From contig JAUCBJ010000407.1 in the NCBI GenBank assembly GCA_032718475.1, positions 1 through 64,000 of the forward strand: 64,000 nucleotides of DNA, read 5' to 3'. Below are positions 1 through 12,504 of this stretch, one piece after another (the first letter of the stretch is position 1; every line of letters starts with the position of its first letter). The notes under the pieces are model-generated. The model saw only the letters and a list, made by a program, of their open reading frames with translations. It was not told where the DNA came from and made no database searches. The DNA is from Nemertoderma westbladi (lineage: Eukaryota > Animalia > Xenacoelomorpha). The translations under genes were made by a program, and so were the position numbers.

Positions 1-1448
1 AAACTCATTATAATATGGATAAACTCATATATAGCAGATATGACGGAGTTGATAGAAGATGGTCTTAGTATCGGGGAGCGATATACTCTATTTTTACAAG
101 CGTTTGTTGATAGCTTAATACGCGGCGACGCTAGTCCAACTGCTGCGGAGGACGATGGTCGTTATATCGAACCGCCAATGTCCCAAGAGCAGCTCGCGCG
201 AGTTGGACTATAGAAAATTCGCTGCTCGATATACGCAGCGTAATGGTACGTATATGGTCTTCTTAACTACTGGTCATCCTATCGATTTACATAATACGGA
301 CTATGTCGACTATATATCCTGCCCAGCGGAGTCGGAACCATAAACTGAAATTCGAATGCGAAAATTCTATTCGAAATCGACTCGAAAGAAAAGACACTAA
401 AGAAACAAATAAACGCGGTAACTCCAACGTATATTTGGAATTCTTGATAGAAGCATTGTAACAACAAATAAATATCACCCGCGTTTCCCCTACCAGACGT
501 GCGTCTTTGGTATTATTATGATAAATGCCCTAGACCCAACTAATAAACGGAAAGACATAAACATCCACGGAAACGTTGTGTTAAACACAGTTGTGCTCGT
601 TATATTTACTGGAGTTTCGAGCGAAACTTGTTTGACGTATCACCTATGCTCACTCGGCTCGAACGATCCTGGAGTAAACCTACGATCAGAGTCCCGGAAT
701 ACTCGGTCAAACCTCCTCATTCCTTAGTTGGACCTCAGACCTGCGATCCTGGTGGTGTCGCGGATCCACGCGGACTGTATTCACTGTTCAAAGATCTAGT
801 GCTACCCTAACAATTAATCGGTAACACTCCGACAGTGATTTCTAGCTAGCCGCCCATCTTACCTAGCCGGATTGTGACGCGGACATTTAATATCGCCGTT
901 TAACCCTTACCATCGTCCCGGCTTGACACGATATAACCTGTCACCAGAGTGGCGGAGAACGTTGTACCAAACGAGTTAAACGCTATTCTACAAAGATCAG
1001 AAAGGAAACCTACGTTTGTTCAGATAAACGTAAGTTATAACAGCAAGTCCAAGCGATAAACGAATTGTCTTTATCTCAGTTCGATTGTGAAATCCAGAAT
1101 CTCTAAGAAGATATCGCACTTAGACAACCCCATTCTCTGCGAGAGTTTTTGGATGAACGTATCCAGCTACGAGCGGAGGAAAATCAGCTCGAGGAGAAGC
1201 ATATCGAAACGGCGGATACCCCGACCATAATCCTACACCTTTTGATGCAATCATATTGCACCCTTCACCCAGGATTTATAGCTCTCCTAGTAAAGTGGCT
1301 CCCCCAAAGAGAAAAGGACTCTTGCTAGCCTCAAGAAACTGCGTAAACGCCGTCCGCGCAAAGAAACTAACTGTTTAGAGTATCTTTATGTTTTAGAAAC
1401 TGTGATTTTTATATTTTATAGACTGAAAATCCCATTTTCTGGGAGCGG
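1..1448 (+). mobile_element. Degenerate internal 3' region of an LTR retrotransposon (unidentified coding-like sequence ending at a polypurine tract)
   Basis: GC-richer sequence with broken reading frames (e.g. MTELIEDGLSIGERY..., LKKLRKRRPRK). It ends in GGGAGCGG (1441-1448) directly before the TG start of the LTR at 1449. No pol motif recognised. Confidence 0.45.
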
Positions 1449-2302
1449 TGTAAAAGCTTTTGCTGAATTGTCCGGTTATTTTTCCTTATTTTTCCCATAA
1501 AATACTCTGTAGTTGGTTTACCAGGCATAAAAATGCCGTGTCCTTGCTGTACTGGTGTTTTAGCGGACATAAAAGCTATTTCTTCTGTATTTGTACTTTA
1601 GAGGACATAATCCGTAATTCCGTGACGTAAAAGCTCGATACTCTTGAAAACAGTGTCGCTACCATGACGACGGCTAGCAGCTGATATTGCCACGTCGACG
1701 TTTCTTTGTTTCTTTGTTCTCTCGTTGTTCAGGTTGACCAATCAGAGCGTTTGTTGTCTCTGTGTTGGAGGTGTATACAGAAACTCAGTAGTTCAGTGTT
1801 ATGTTTTGCCCAGAGCCTAAGAACCGGCTTTTGGCACCTCCGTGTTTTCAGTTTTTAGTCCTACACTAGTAGGCTTAATTATAAGGACATATATCCGTTA
1901 TCTGCATACTGCAGTACTGCATACACTGCATACTGTGTAACACTGTGCATACTTTTATATTGTTATACTGCTATTTACTGTCAGTTCTTCATAATATGGT
2001 TGATGAATTATTATATTTGGAATAACGACAAATAACCCCGAAAACCCAATATTCTTGATATACCGAAGGTAAGAGAGAAAGGTTACAGATAAATGATTGC
2101 GACCTATGTTGAGTGGTTTGAAGTGAATCTAATGTTATTTGATAGACCCTACATGATTCGGTCCGTGTTCCTTTTATATGTGACTAAAATCAGTGAAGAT
2201 CGGCAGATCAGTGTGCAGTATTGTGCAGCATTGTGTATGAGTGAGACTGATAACGAAGCATTTCCTAAAGAATGCGCCATATATGTGAATTATAACTAAG
2301 CC
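1449..2302 (+). mobile_element. 3' LTR, truncated at its 3' end
   Basis: Starts TGTAAAAGC and matches the reverse-strand solo LTR (about 19204-20095) closely, apart from a divergent stretch near 1900-1975. Similarity stops at about 2302. Confidence 0.75.
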
Positions 2303-3064
2303 AGTAGTAATGGTTACCCCTCTTTGGCGACAGTTTAGTCCCACTTCACACCTTGGGTGTTAAGTAGGTCATTAATTAATTAATCAATTAATTAATTGGT
2401 CGATTAAACAATTAATTAATTGTTTAATCAATCGACTCGTATCAAATAATGTTGCCAAAGGCAATTTAATTTGATACAAATCAATCAGATAGGGGGACGC
2501 GAGATGAATAAATTGTACTATAACAAATGAAATATACAATACAATAGGCACTGTACATTACAATATACAATACATTTGTATTATTTTTGCCGTACAATAA
2601 AATGAAAGAATTAAATATAAAGACGCAATCGAGGCCCAAAACATAAATATACCCTTTCACCAAAATAAAGTGGCCCCAGTTTGGTCCTAGCTCAACCCCT
2701 CAATAATCTGTGGCTGTTGGTCTCTTATTAACCATAGCATGACTAACCCAATCATCAATGCGTGAATGGGGCCTGCGTGAATGGGGCCTGCCACAGAGCT
2801 TAAATTATTCATACCCACAGCTTCGTTATTATATCAATTCATCCAAGAAATTAGAATAAACATCTGCTCTTGCAATAGATTGCTTTCTTCTTTCACAACT
2901 CCATTCTAACCTCCCTCTATAATAGCCCCTAGTCACCGCATTCCCATTCATTCTCTAATTTTTATTTTTAAAAGTTTTATTTATTTTCATAAAAGTTTTA
3001 TTTATTTAAAATTTTGTAAAATCATTCAGCGAAAATTCATAATATCAATTGACATTGCTATATA

Positions 3065-4060
3065 ATGCCTAGCTATGAAAGATGTTTGGTTTGTAATAAA
3101 GAAATGAGACAAGATAATCTATCTCGTCATATGGAAAGACATAGAAAGGATAAACTAATGGATCCATTACCAAAGAAATTTAAAAAATCCGAAGATGTTT
3201 TTAGTGAAGATGAAAAGAAAAAGAGAGTTGAGCGTGATATTTTAAAGATAAAACAGACAATGGAAAATAAATTTCATAAAGTTATGAATATTTTGAAAGG
3301 GATACAAAAACAGTTACCCCTAGAAAATGATGAGAATTTGAGTGAGGAAGATGAAGAAGAAGAGGACGATGAGATGGAGAATGAAAATAGTGAGGGTCAA
3401 GATGAAGTTGAAGAGAGTGAAGTTGGGAACGAAGAAAGTGAAGATCAGAAAGATGACGAAGAAAGTGAAGGTCAGGAAGGGCGTGAAGAAAGCGAAGGTC
3501 AGGAAGAGAATGAAGAAAGCGAAGGTCAGGAAGAGAATGAAGAAAGTGAAGAACAGGAAGAGGATGACGAAAGCGAAGGTCAGAAAGAGGATGAAGAAAG
3601 TGAAGGTCATGAAGAGGACGAAGAAAGTGAAGGTCAGGAAGACGACGAAGAAAGTGAAGGTCAAGAAAGTGAAGAAGATGATGAAAATGATAATAATAAG
3701 GAAATATTGAGACAATTACTTGGAAATAAGAATAAATTGCGGAAAATTATTAAACATTTAGAAGAGAATGGTGAAAATAAAGAAGAGATATTGAGACAAA
3801 TATTAGGAAACAAAAATCAAATGCGGAAATTTATTAAACAATTGGAAGAAAATGAGGAAAATAGAGAAGAGATATTAAGACAGGTTCTGGGAAATAAAAG
3901 TAAATTACTGAAAATTAATGAACAATTGAATAAAATTAAGAAACTGTTGGTTAATGAGGAAGATGAAATTAAAGAAAATCAACCAGCTTTTACTTATTTT
4001 CGAAGACCTATGACAACAAACTCTCGTACAGTATTTGCCCGCGCAGGAGGACACTATTGA
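3065..4060 (+). CDS. Orphan protein: N-terminal C2H2-type zinc finger, acidic 10-aa repeats, three ~27-aa helical repeats
   Basis: 331-aa ATG-initiated ORF; CLVC-x11-HMERH; EESEGQEEDD-type repeats; EILRQxLGNK three times. Confidence 0.6.
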   Translation: MPSYERCLVCNKEMRQDNLSRHMERHRKDKLMDPLPKKFKKSEDVFSEDEKKKRVERDILKIKQTMENKFHKVMNILKGIQKQLPLENDENLSEEDEEEEDDEMENENSEGQDEVEESEVGNEESEDQKDDEESEGQEGREESEGQEENEESEGQEENEESEEQEEDDESEGQKEDEESEGHEEDEESEGQEDDEESEGQESEEDDENDNNKEILRQLLGNKNKLRKIIKHLEENGENKEEILRQILGNKNQMRKFIKQLEENEENREEILRQVLGNKSKLLKINEQLNKIKKLLVNEEDEIKENQPAFTYFRRPMTTNSRTVFARAGGHY

Positions 4061-4470
4061 CATTTGTTTGTTTGAGTTCCTTTCATAATAGTATTAAAAC
4101 TATTTATCCATAACAATTATATTAGTATTAGGACTATTTATCCATAACATTTATATTAGTATTAGGATTATTTATCCTTAATTATTATATTAGTATTATA
4201 AATGTATTTGCCAACAATATTTATTACTATTAGGTCTATTTATTCAAGAAATTATATGTTTTTTATAATATATTTTGGAAAATTAGTCGACTAAGTCATA
4301 ATTTTTAAAACTTTAAATAAGGGTGGAGTTATTTTATAAAGTTAAGAAGAGTGAATCAATGGAGGCAACCTGAAGTCTCATCTCTTGCCCTTTACTCATA
4401 AGACCGCACGTTAACTCCCAAGGTTGCATACTATCACTATAGCTGGGAGAGTCAAAGCTAGTGTACAGGA

Positions 4471-5109
4471 GTGAGGGAAGTGAGGCAGTGAGGAAGTGAG
4501 GCATAGTGAGGGAAGTGAGGGAAGTGAGGGAAGTGAGGCATAGTGAGGCAGTGAGGCATAGTGAGGGAGTGAGGCAGTGAGGGAAGTGAGGCATAGTGAG
4601 GGAGTGAGGGAGTGAGGGAAGTGGGGCAGTGAGGCATAGTGAGGCAGTGAGGGAAGTGAGGGAAGTGAGGGAAGTGAGGGAGTGAGGGAGTGAGGGAGTG
4701 AGGCATAGTGAGGCAGTGAGGCATAGTGAGGCAGTGAGGCATAGTGAGGCAGTGAGGGAAGTGAGGGAAGTGAGGGAAGTGAGGGAAGTGAGGGAAGTGA
4801 GGCATAGTGAGGCAGTGAGGCATAGTGAGGCATAGTGAGGCATAGTGAGGCAGTGAGGCATAGTGAGGCAGTGAGGCATAGTGAGGCAGTGAGGCATAGT
4901 GAGGCAGTGAGGGAAGTGAGGGAAGTGAGGGAAGTGAGGCATAGTGAGGCAGTGAGGCATAGTGAGGCATAGTGAGGCATAGTGAGGCAGTGAGGCATAG
5001 TGAGGCATAGTGAGGCAGTGAGGCATAGTGAGGCAGTGAGGGAAGTGAGGGAAGTGAGGGAGTGAGTGAGGGAAGTGAGGGAAGTGAGGGAAGTGAGGGA
5101 AGTGAGGGA

Positions 5110-5148
<39 letters not shown>
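4471..5148 (+). repeat. G-rich compound minisatellite (GTGAGGGAA / GTGAGGCA / GTGAGGCATA / GTGAGGGA) ending in (GA)n
   Basis: Directly visible 8-10 bp units sharing the core GTGAGG; (GA)n at about 5113-5148. Confidence 0.95.
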
Positions 5149-5151
<3 letters not shown>

Positions 5152-5559
5152 AATCATCTTCCATTGCATATGTAGTGGTAGTCATGGTAACCTGTGAAGG
5201 AGTGTTGTCTGAAATGCCATTTAGATGTCACTTGTCATTTTAAAGTGATTTGTAGTCACATCTTGATTGTTTTTTATTGCATAAATATTGTTATAAAGTC
5301 ATTAATTTGAAACAGAGTGGAATGAGATCAAATTGATGAAAAATAAAAATATTTCAAACATGGGTATATCTTTGGAACCATATATCACCGTTGTTATAAC
5401 AAAACAGGTTTAGCTCTCAGTATCCCCTATGCTGGCTGGCCCATGGACTACTTTAAGTGTGTTTTAATTGTGCATTTTGTTAGAAATTTTTTTGTTGTAT
5501 TGTCTACTGTTATTGATGTCTTCATGATTAGGCCTACAGTCACTATATAATTACAGCTT

Positions 5560-6169
5560 ATAAACTAAAACTTGTATCACTAGAGTATTCCCATAAATAT
5601 CCTAGAGAAAGGCGACCTACAAGGAAGGACATATCTAGGATTGTCATTAAATTTCGATACGAACAAACACTTTTTCGTAAGAAAGGTTCCGGTAGACTGC
5701 CCGTTAGCGAAAATGTTGTTAATAATATTGGCCAATATTTAACCGCACACCCAGAAACCTCTGTACGTAGAGCATCATTGGCTCTAAATGGTAGTGTTTC
5801 CATAGGACTGCAAAGAATCTTCACTTTAGAGCTTACAATCTCCAGGTCGTTCATGGACTACAATCCCTAGATTACTCAACACGAGTTGAAGCCGCTTCTA
5901 AAATAGCAGAGTACCTCCATGTTAAGGACCTGAGTAACGTGTTCTTCAGCGACGAGGCAACTTTTCATATCAACGGCCAAGTAAACAGATGGAATTGTAG
6001 GATTTGGGGAAAGGAGAATCCTCATAAAATTGTAGAAAAGTTTAGGGATACCCCAAAGGTTACAGTGTGGGCTGCGATGTCCGAAACCAAACTTATTGGC
6101 CCCTATTTCTTCCCAGATTCTATTGTAAACAGGTTTTCTTACCTAGGCATGTTAAAGGACTCATTTTAA
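5560..6169 (+). pseudogene. Tc1/mariner-family transposase fragment (DUF4817-type HTH plus start of the catalytic domain)
   Basis: Frameshifted pieces RPTRKDISRIVIKF..GSGR, TSVRRASLAL, FSDEATFHINGQVNRWNCRIWGKENPH and VWAAMS..LIGPYFF; truncated before the rest of the catalytic domain. Confidence 0.85.
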
Positions 6170-6262
6170 ACTTACACAATATTAAACTCTTTTAACCCAC
6201 TACCTATATGTTTCATTATTTCACTAATATGTGCAGTTTTATACCTTCATATTTATAGTAAA

Positions 6263-6640
<378 letters not shown>

Positions 6641-7055
6641 GAGCCCTACTGTTACCTCCCAGTGCCAGACTAGCCCTCTGGCTACCCATTCGGATTCACA
6701 ACAAGCCCTCCAGTGACATTAGGCCCTACGGTTACAGGTAATGATAGGGCGCAAGCCCTATGGTACCTATTATGGCCCTATAGCTACTTGTGATATTTAT
6801 AGCTTTTCATTGGCTGTTAGTTCTATTATTGGTGTACTTATACTATATATTCAGACCATGCTGCTGCTCATTGTAGTTATGTATTTGTTAAAGTATTTGT
6901 AATGTTTTTGCATTTTTGTACTTAATCGAGTATTAATTCTGTTTTGTATTTAGACATTTATCCAATTACAATACAATACCGGTACAAGTTACAATGTTCT
7001 ATTACTGCACCTGTACTTATCTCCCTAGCTTGCTAACCACTAGGCTAATTATTGT

Positions 7056-8171
7056 GTGTTAAACGTAGGCCTACAATCATCGCGTTTCATATTTTCCAAT
7101 ATTTCGTCACCCATCGCCATCATATGTTTTGTTGCAGCGACCAGTTTTTGCAAATCTCGCTATCTTCTACCATTGTTTCCATTTCATTACTTTTGTGATA
7201 TTACATCAACTACTTCAAATAGTGATGAACACCTCATTCCAAAGGAAAATGATGTACTGTTATCTCAAGCCTCTGTAGATTCGACTGAAGACAATTTGCT
7301 TAAAGAAATAGTTTCTGAGATTCCTCAGTGTGATACACAAGTAGACGTGGATGGTCAAACGTATATAGAATGTGACTTGATGGACTTTGAGAAGATTCTG
7401 GATACTTGCGAGAGTGTAATTCGCGTCACAGCTTCTCAATCCCAGCCGCTGGTTAACGTCCCCATGGTTACCACTTCTCAATCCCAGCCGCTGGTTTACG
7501 TTCCCATGGTTACCGCTTCTCAATCCCAGCCGCTGGTTAACGTCCCCATGGTTACCACTTCTCAATCCCAGCCGCTGGTTAACGTCCCCATGGTTACCGC
7601 TTCTCAATCCCAGCCGCTGGTTAACGTCCCCATGGTTACCGCTTCTCAATCCCAGCCGCTGGTTAACGTCCCCATGGTTACCACTTCTCAATCCCAGCCG
7701 CTGGTTAACGTCCCCATGGTTACAACTTCTCAATCCCAGCCGCTGGTTAACGTCCCCATGGTTACCACTTCTCAATCCCAGCCGCTGGTTAACGTTCCCA
7801 TGGATACCGGTTTTCAATCGCAGCTGTTGGCATTAACCTCATCTAATGATTATTCGATACTTCCATCTCCTCTTAAAGAAATGGACTTTAATAAAGCTAC
7901 GAAAAAGAAACCGAAAATTAGAAGAAATTTAGACGAAGGTGTGAGAAAAGCTGTTTCCAATAACAAACGTATCTTATGGTCAAAAGAAGAAGTTGATATA
8001 CTAATCGATGAATTACGTCCGTTCCTTAATGGAGTTCTGTTTTTCCGTGGTGGAAAAACGAAGGAAATCTACTTAAGTAAAGCGGCCCAGCGTCTTCCAG
8101 GCAGAACCCCTCTTCAGATATATGATAAATTTAGAGACATGAAAAAAACTCAGAAAAACCGTGATTGGTAA
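7056..8171 (+). CDS. Orphan ORF or exon with about nine 14-aa repeats and a C-terminal Myb/SANT-like domain
   Basis: Open frame; 42-bp repeat encoding (T/A)SQSQPLVNVPMVT at about 7425-7810; WSKEEVDIL...AAQRLPGRTPLQIYDKF resembles a Myb-like HTH. Start uncertain (track start is non-ATG; in-frame ATG at 7380). Confidence 0.55.
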   Translation: MLNVGLQSSRFIFSNISSPIAIICFVAATSFCKSRYLLPLFPFHYFCDITSTTSNSDEHLIPKENDVLLSQASVDSTEDNLLKEIVSEIPQCDTQVDVDGQTYIECDLMDFEKILDTCESVIRVTASQSQPLVNVPMVTTSQSQPLVYVPMVTASQSQPLVNVPMVTTSQSQPLVNVPMVTASQSQPLVNVPMVTASQSQPLVNVPMVTTSQSQPLVNVPMVTTSQSQPLVNVPMVTTSQSQPLVNVPMDTGFQSQLLALTSSNDYSILPSPLKEMDFNKATKKKPKIRRNLDEGVRKAVSNNKRILWSKEEVDILIDELRPFLNGVLFFRGGKTKEIYLSKAAQRLPGRTPLQIYDKFRDMKKTQKNRDW

Positions 8172-8399
8172 TTAATTATTAATTAAACGGGAATTTATAT
8201 TTGCAATTATTTTTGATCTTAAACTGTCCTCTAATTTACTTAATATTTTTTGAAGCAGAATTTTCAGGTTTAAAAGTTGTGTTGTTTGTTGTTTCCTTGG
8301 TCGTTTTGTTTTATTAGTTATTTACATTAAAGTGTTTTTTTATTGTTTACAATTATTAGGAGTGATTTATTTACAATAAGAAATAATAGTCATTAACCA

Positions 8400-8575
8400 T
8401 TCCATCTCCTCTTAAAGAGATTATTGACTTTAATAAAGCTACAAAAAAAATAAAAATTTAGGAGATATTTAGAACAAGATGTCAGACAAGCTGTTTCCAA
8501 TAAGAAACGTGTATTATCGTCGAAAAAAGTGCTTGATATACTAATTTATGAATTTCGGCCATTCGTTAACGGCAA
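8400..8575 (+). pseudogene. Degenerate partial duplicate of the 3' part of the Myb-like ORF
   Basis: TCCATCTCCTCTTAAAGA...GCTGTTTCCAATAA...GATATACTAAT aligns with about 7861-8032, with indels. Confidence 0.75.
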
Positions 8576-9876
8576 TTGGCCTGGGGGGGGGGGGGGGGGG
8601 GGGCATTTATATGCATGAAATTATTTTGGATTTTGGATTACTTATTTACATTTGGTGAGTCCTTGGTCGTTTTGTTTTATATTCCTTGGTCGTTTTGTTT
8701 TATATTCCTTGGTCGTTTTGTTTTATTAGTTATTTACATTGTTTTACATACAGTGTATTGTTTATTGTTTATTGATCACATTTTTACACAATATATTATT
8801 AGGTAGATATCTTCTTTTATAATTAGTAGTCCTACTTGCAAATAGTTCATTATTGTGCTACTTTTTCATACTGGTACTTATTGCCTTGAATGCTAATAAT
8901 TATTGCCATTCATTTTCCTGTAACGTTACAATGGAATAGTTATTCGAAAAAAGGAAGTCAACGGATAACTATAACTGTACTTTCTTTCTATCATACATTT
9001 CCAATTGGCAATTCAGAAAGAGCGAAATTCAGATATTCTGCCTTGGTGTATTGTGTTTTGTACTCGTTGGAATTTAAACACTCGCTACTGTCGTCTATAA
9101 ACCTACCAACTCAATGAGGGCAGAATAATGAATATCGCTCATCGTCGTTCGGTCGTCATTTTTTCGAATATATTTTTAATTAAATGCAATTTAATAATTG
9201 TTAATCAATCAGAATGATTTGTTTGCATAATACTATTAACAGTGATTATAATGTCATAATAATGATTGCTGTCATAATTCACCACAACTGATTCGTTTTC
9301 AAACTCTGCCAACGGAATATAACTTATCTAAGAATGTATGTGGGGTGGGTGTAAGAAATATGATCCTAATCCTATGTGAAGAATATCATCGTTTCAAAAG
9401 AATCCATACATGACGTCATGCTGGCAAGGGGATCGATCGGGTACGCTTTATTATAACTGTTTTATAGTGAGTTTCGAAATATTATTTGACAAATTGTAAG
9501 TATTGACGTAATGACGTGACGTTAAGTGACGTCATTTATGGAAAATCCTGTCGTTGTCCAGTCACAATTCCGATTATCCGATTTAAAAACCCCGTAATAC
9601 AAAGTGATTTCATTATATTGCATGGAAGCTGAGGGGTCCTCCTCCTTTAGATCGCGTTCCTGTAGAGTCCACAAAACCTTGGATGGCATATACTCCCAAA
9701 TGCTGGGCACTTGTTACTGTCTATAACACACATTATTGGACAAATAAATATTAGGACATTGAAAGCCGCTGGTAAAACCAAGCCCTCCCTTCATATACAA
9801 TTATATAATTAGTGCAGAGCACATAAATTACCAGTAGGCCATATACAAAACGAGAAGATAATCTGACGCATAAGTC

Positions 9877-12500
9877 TGTCTCCTAAATAACGTTATTATT
9901 TGTCTGTCTCTCCTTTACAACGTTATGTCTATGTGTCTCCTAAACAACGTTATGTATATGTGTCTCCTAAACAACGTTATGTATATGTGTCTCCTAAACA
10001 ACATTATGTATCTATGTCTCCTAAACAACGTTATGTATATGTGTCTCCTAAACAACATTATGTATCTATGTCTCCTAAACAACGTTATGTATATGTGTCT
10101 CCTAAACAACGTTATGTATATGTGTCTCCTAAACAACGTTATGTATATGTGTCTCCTAAACAACGTTATGTATATGTGTCTCCTAAACAACGTTATGTAT
10201 ATGTGTCTCCTAAACAACGTTATGTATATGTGTCTCCTAAACAACGTTATGTATATGTGTCTCCTAAACAACGTTATGTATATGTGTCTCCTAAACAACG
10301 TTATGTATATGTGTCTCCTTAACAATGTTATGTATATGTGTCTCCTAAACAACGTTATGTATATGTGTCTCCTAAACAACGTTATGTATCTATGTCTCCT
10401 AAACAACGTTATGTATATGTGTCTCCTAAACAACGTTATGTATATGTGTCTCCTAAACAGCGTAATGTATATATGTCTCCTTAACAATGTTATGTATATG
10501 TGTCTCCTAAACAATGTTATGTATATGTGTCTCCTAAACAACGTTATGTATATGTGTCTCCTAAACAACGTTATGTATATGTGTCTCTTAAACAACATTA
10601 TGTATCTATGTCTCCTAAACAACGTTATGTATATGTGTCTCCTAAACAACATTATGTATCTATGTCTCCTAAACAACGTTATGTATATGTGTCTCCTAAA
10701 CAACGTTATGTATATGTGTCTCCTAAACAACGTTATGTCTATGTGTCTCCTAAACAACGTTATGTATATGTGTCTCCTAAACAACGTTATGTATATGTGT
10801 CTCCTAAACAACATTATGTATCTATGTCTCCTAAACAACGTTATGTATATGTGTCTCCTAAACAACGTTATGTCTATGTGTCTCCTAAACAACGTTATGT
10901 ATATGTGTCTCCTAAACAACATTATGTATATGTGTCTCCTAAACAACGTTATGTATATGTGTCTCCTAAACAACGTTATGTCTATGTGTCTCCTAAACAA
11001 CGTTATGTATATGTGTCTCCTAAACAACATTATGTATATGTGTCTCCTAAACAACGTTATGTCTATGTGTCTCCTAAACAACGTTATGTATATGTGTCTC
11101 CTAAACAACGTTATGTCTATGTGTCTCCTAAACAACGTTATGTCTATGTGTCTCCTAAACAACGTTATGTATATGTGTCTCCTAAACAACGTTATGTCTA
11201 TGTGTCTCCTAAACAACGTTATGTATATGTGTCTCCTAAACAACGTTATGTATATGTGTCTCCTAAACAACATTATGTATCTATGTCTCCTAAACAACGT
11301 TATGTATATGTGTCTCCTAAACAACATTATGTATCTATGTCTCCTAAACAACGTTATGTATATGTGTCTCCTAAACAACGTTATGTATATGTGTCTCCTA
11401 AACAACGTTATGTATATGTGTCTCCTAAACAACGTTATGTATATGTGTCTCCTAAACAACGTTATGTATATGTGTCTCCTAAACAACATTATGTATCTAT
11501 GTCTCCTAAACAACGTTATGTATATGTGTCTCCTAAACAACGTTATGTATATGTGTCTCCTAAACAACGTTATGTATATGTGTCTCCTAAACAACGTTAT
11601 GTATATGTGTCTCCTAAACAACGTTATGTATATGTGTCTCCTAAACAACGTTATGTATCTATGTCTCCTAAACAACGTTATGTATATGTGTCTCCTAAAC
11701 AACGTTATGTATATGTGTCTCCTAAACAACGTTATGTATATGTGTCTCCTAAACAACGTTATGTATATGTGTCTCCTAAACAACGTTATGTATATGTGTC
11801 TCCTAAACAACATTATGTATATGTGTCTCCTAAACAACGTTATGTATATGTGTCTCCTAAACAACGTTATGTCTATGTGTCTCCTAAACAACGTTATGTA
11901 TATGTGTCTCCTAAACAACATTATGTATATGTGTCTCCTAAACAACGTTATGTATCTATGTCTCCTAAACAACGTTATGTATATGTGTCTCCTAAACAAC
12001 GTTATGTATATGTGTCTCCTAAACAACGTTATGTCTATGTGTCTCCTAAACAACGTTATGTATATGTGTCTCCTAAACAACGTTATGTATATGTGTCTCC
12101 TAAACAACATTATGTATCTATGTCTCCTAAACAACGTTATGTATATGTGTCTCCTAAACAACGTTATGTCTATGTGTCTCCTAAACAACGTTATGTATAT
12201 GTGTCTCCTAAACAACGTTATGTATATGTGTCTCCTAAACAACGTTATGTCTATGTGTCTCCTAAACAACGTTATGTATATGTGTCTCCTAAACAACGTT
12301 TTGTATATGTGTCTCCTAAACAACGTTATGTATATGTGTCTCCTAAACAACGTTATGTATATGTGTCTCCTAAACAACGTTATGTATATGTGTCTCCTAA
12401 ACAACATTATGTATCTATGTCTCCTAAACAACGTTATGTATATGTGTCTCCTAAACAACGTTATGTATATGTGTCTCCTAAACAACGTTATGTATATGTG
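9877..12500. repeat. 27-bp satellite, about 97 copies
   Basis: Unit TGTCTCCTAAACAACGTTATGTATATG, highly homogeneous with a few recurrent variants. Confidence 0.98.
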
Positions 12501-12504
12501 TTAG

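Noticed and set aside
3320-3715. Alternative-frame K/R-rich and antisense F-rich ORFs
   Set aside because: Shadows of the acidic repeat region of the 3065-4060 ORF.
4334-5185. Minus-strand PHF/SLT-repeat ORFs
   Set aside because: Translations of the GTGAGG minisatellite.
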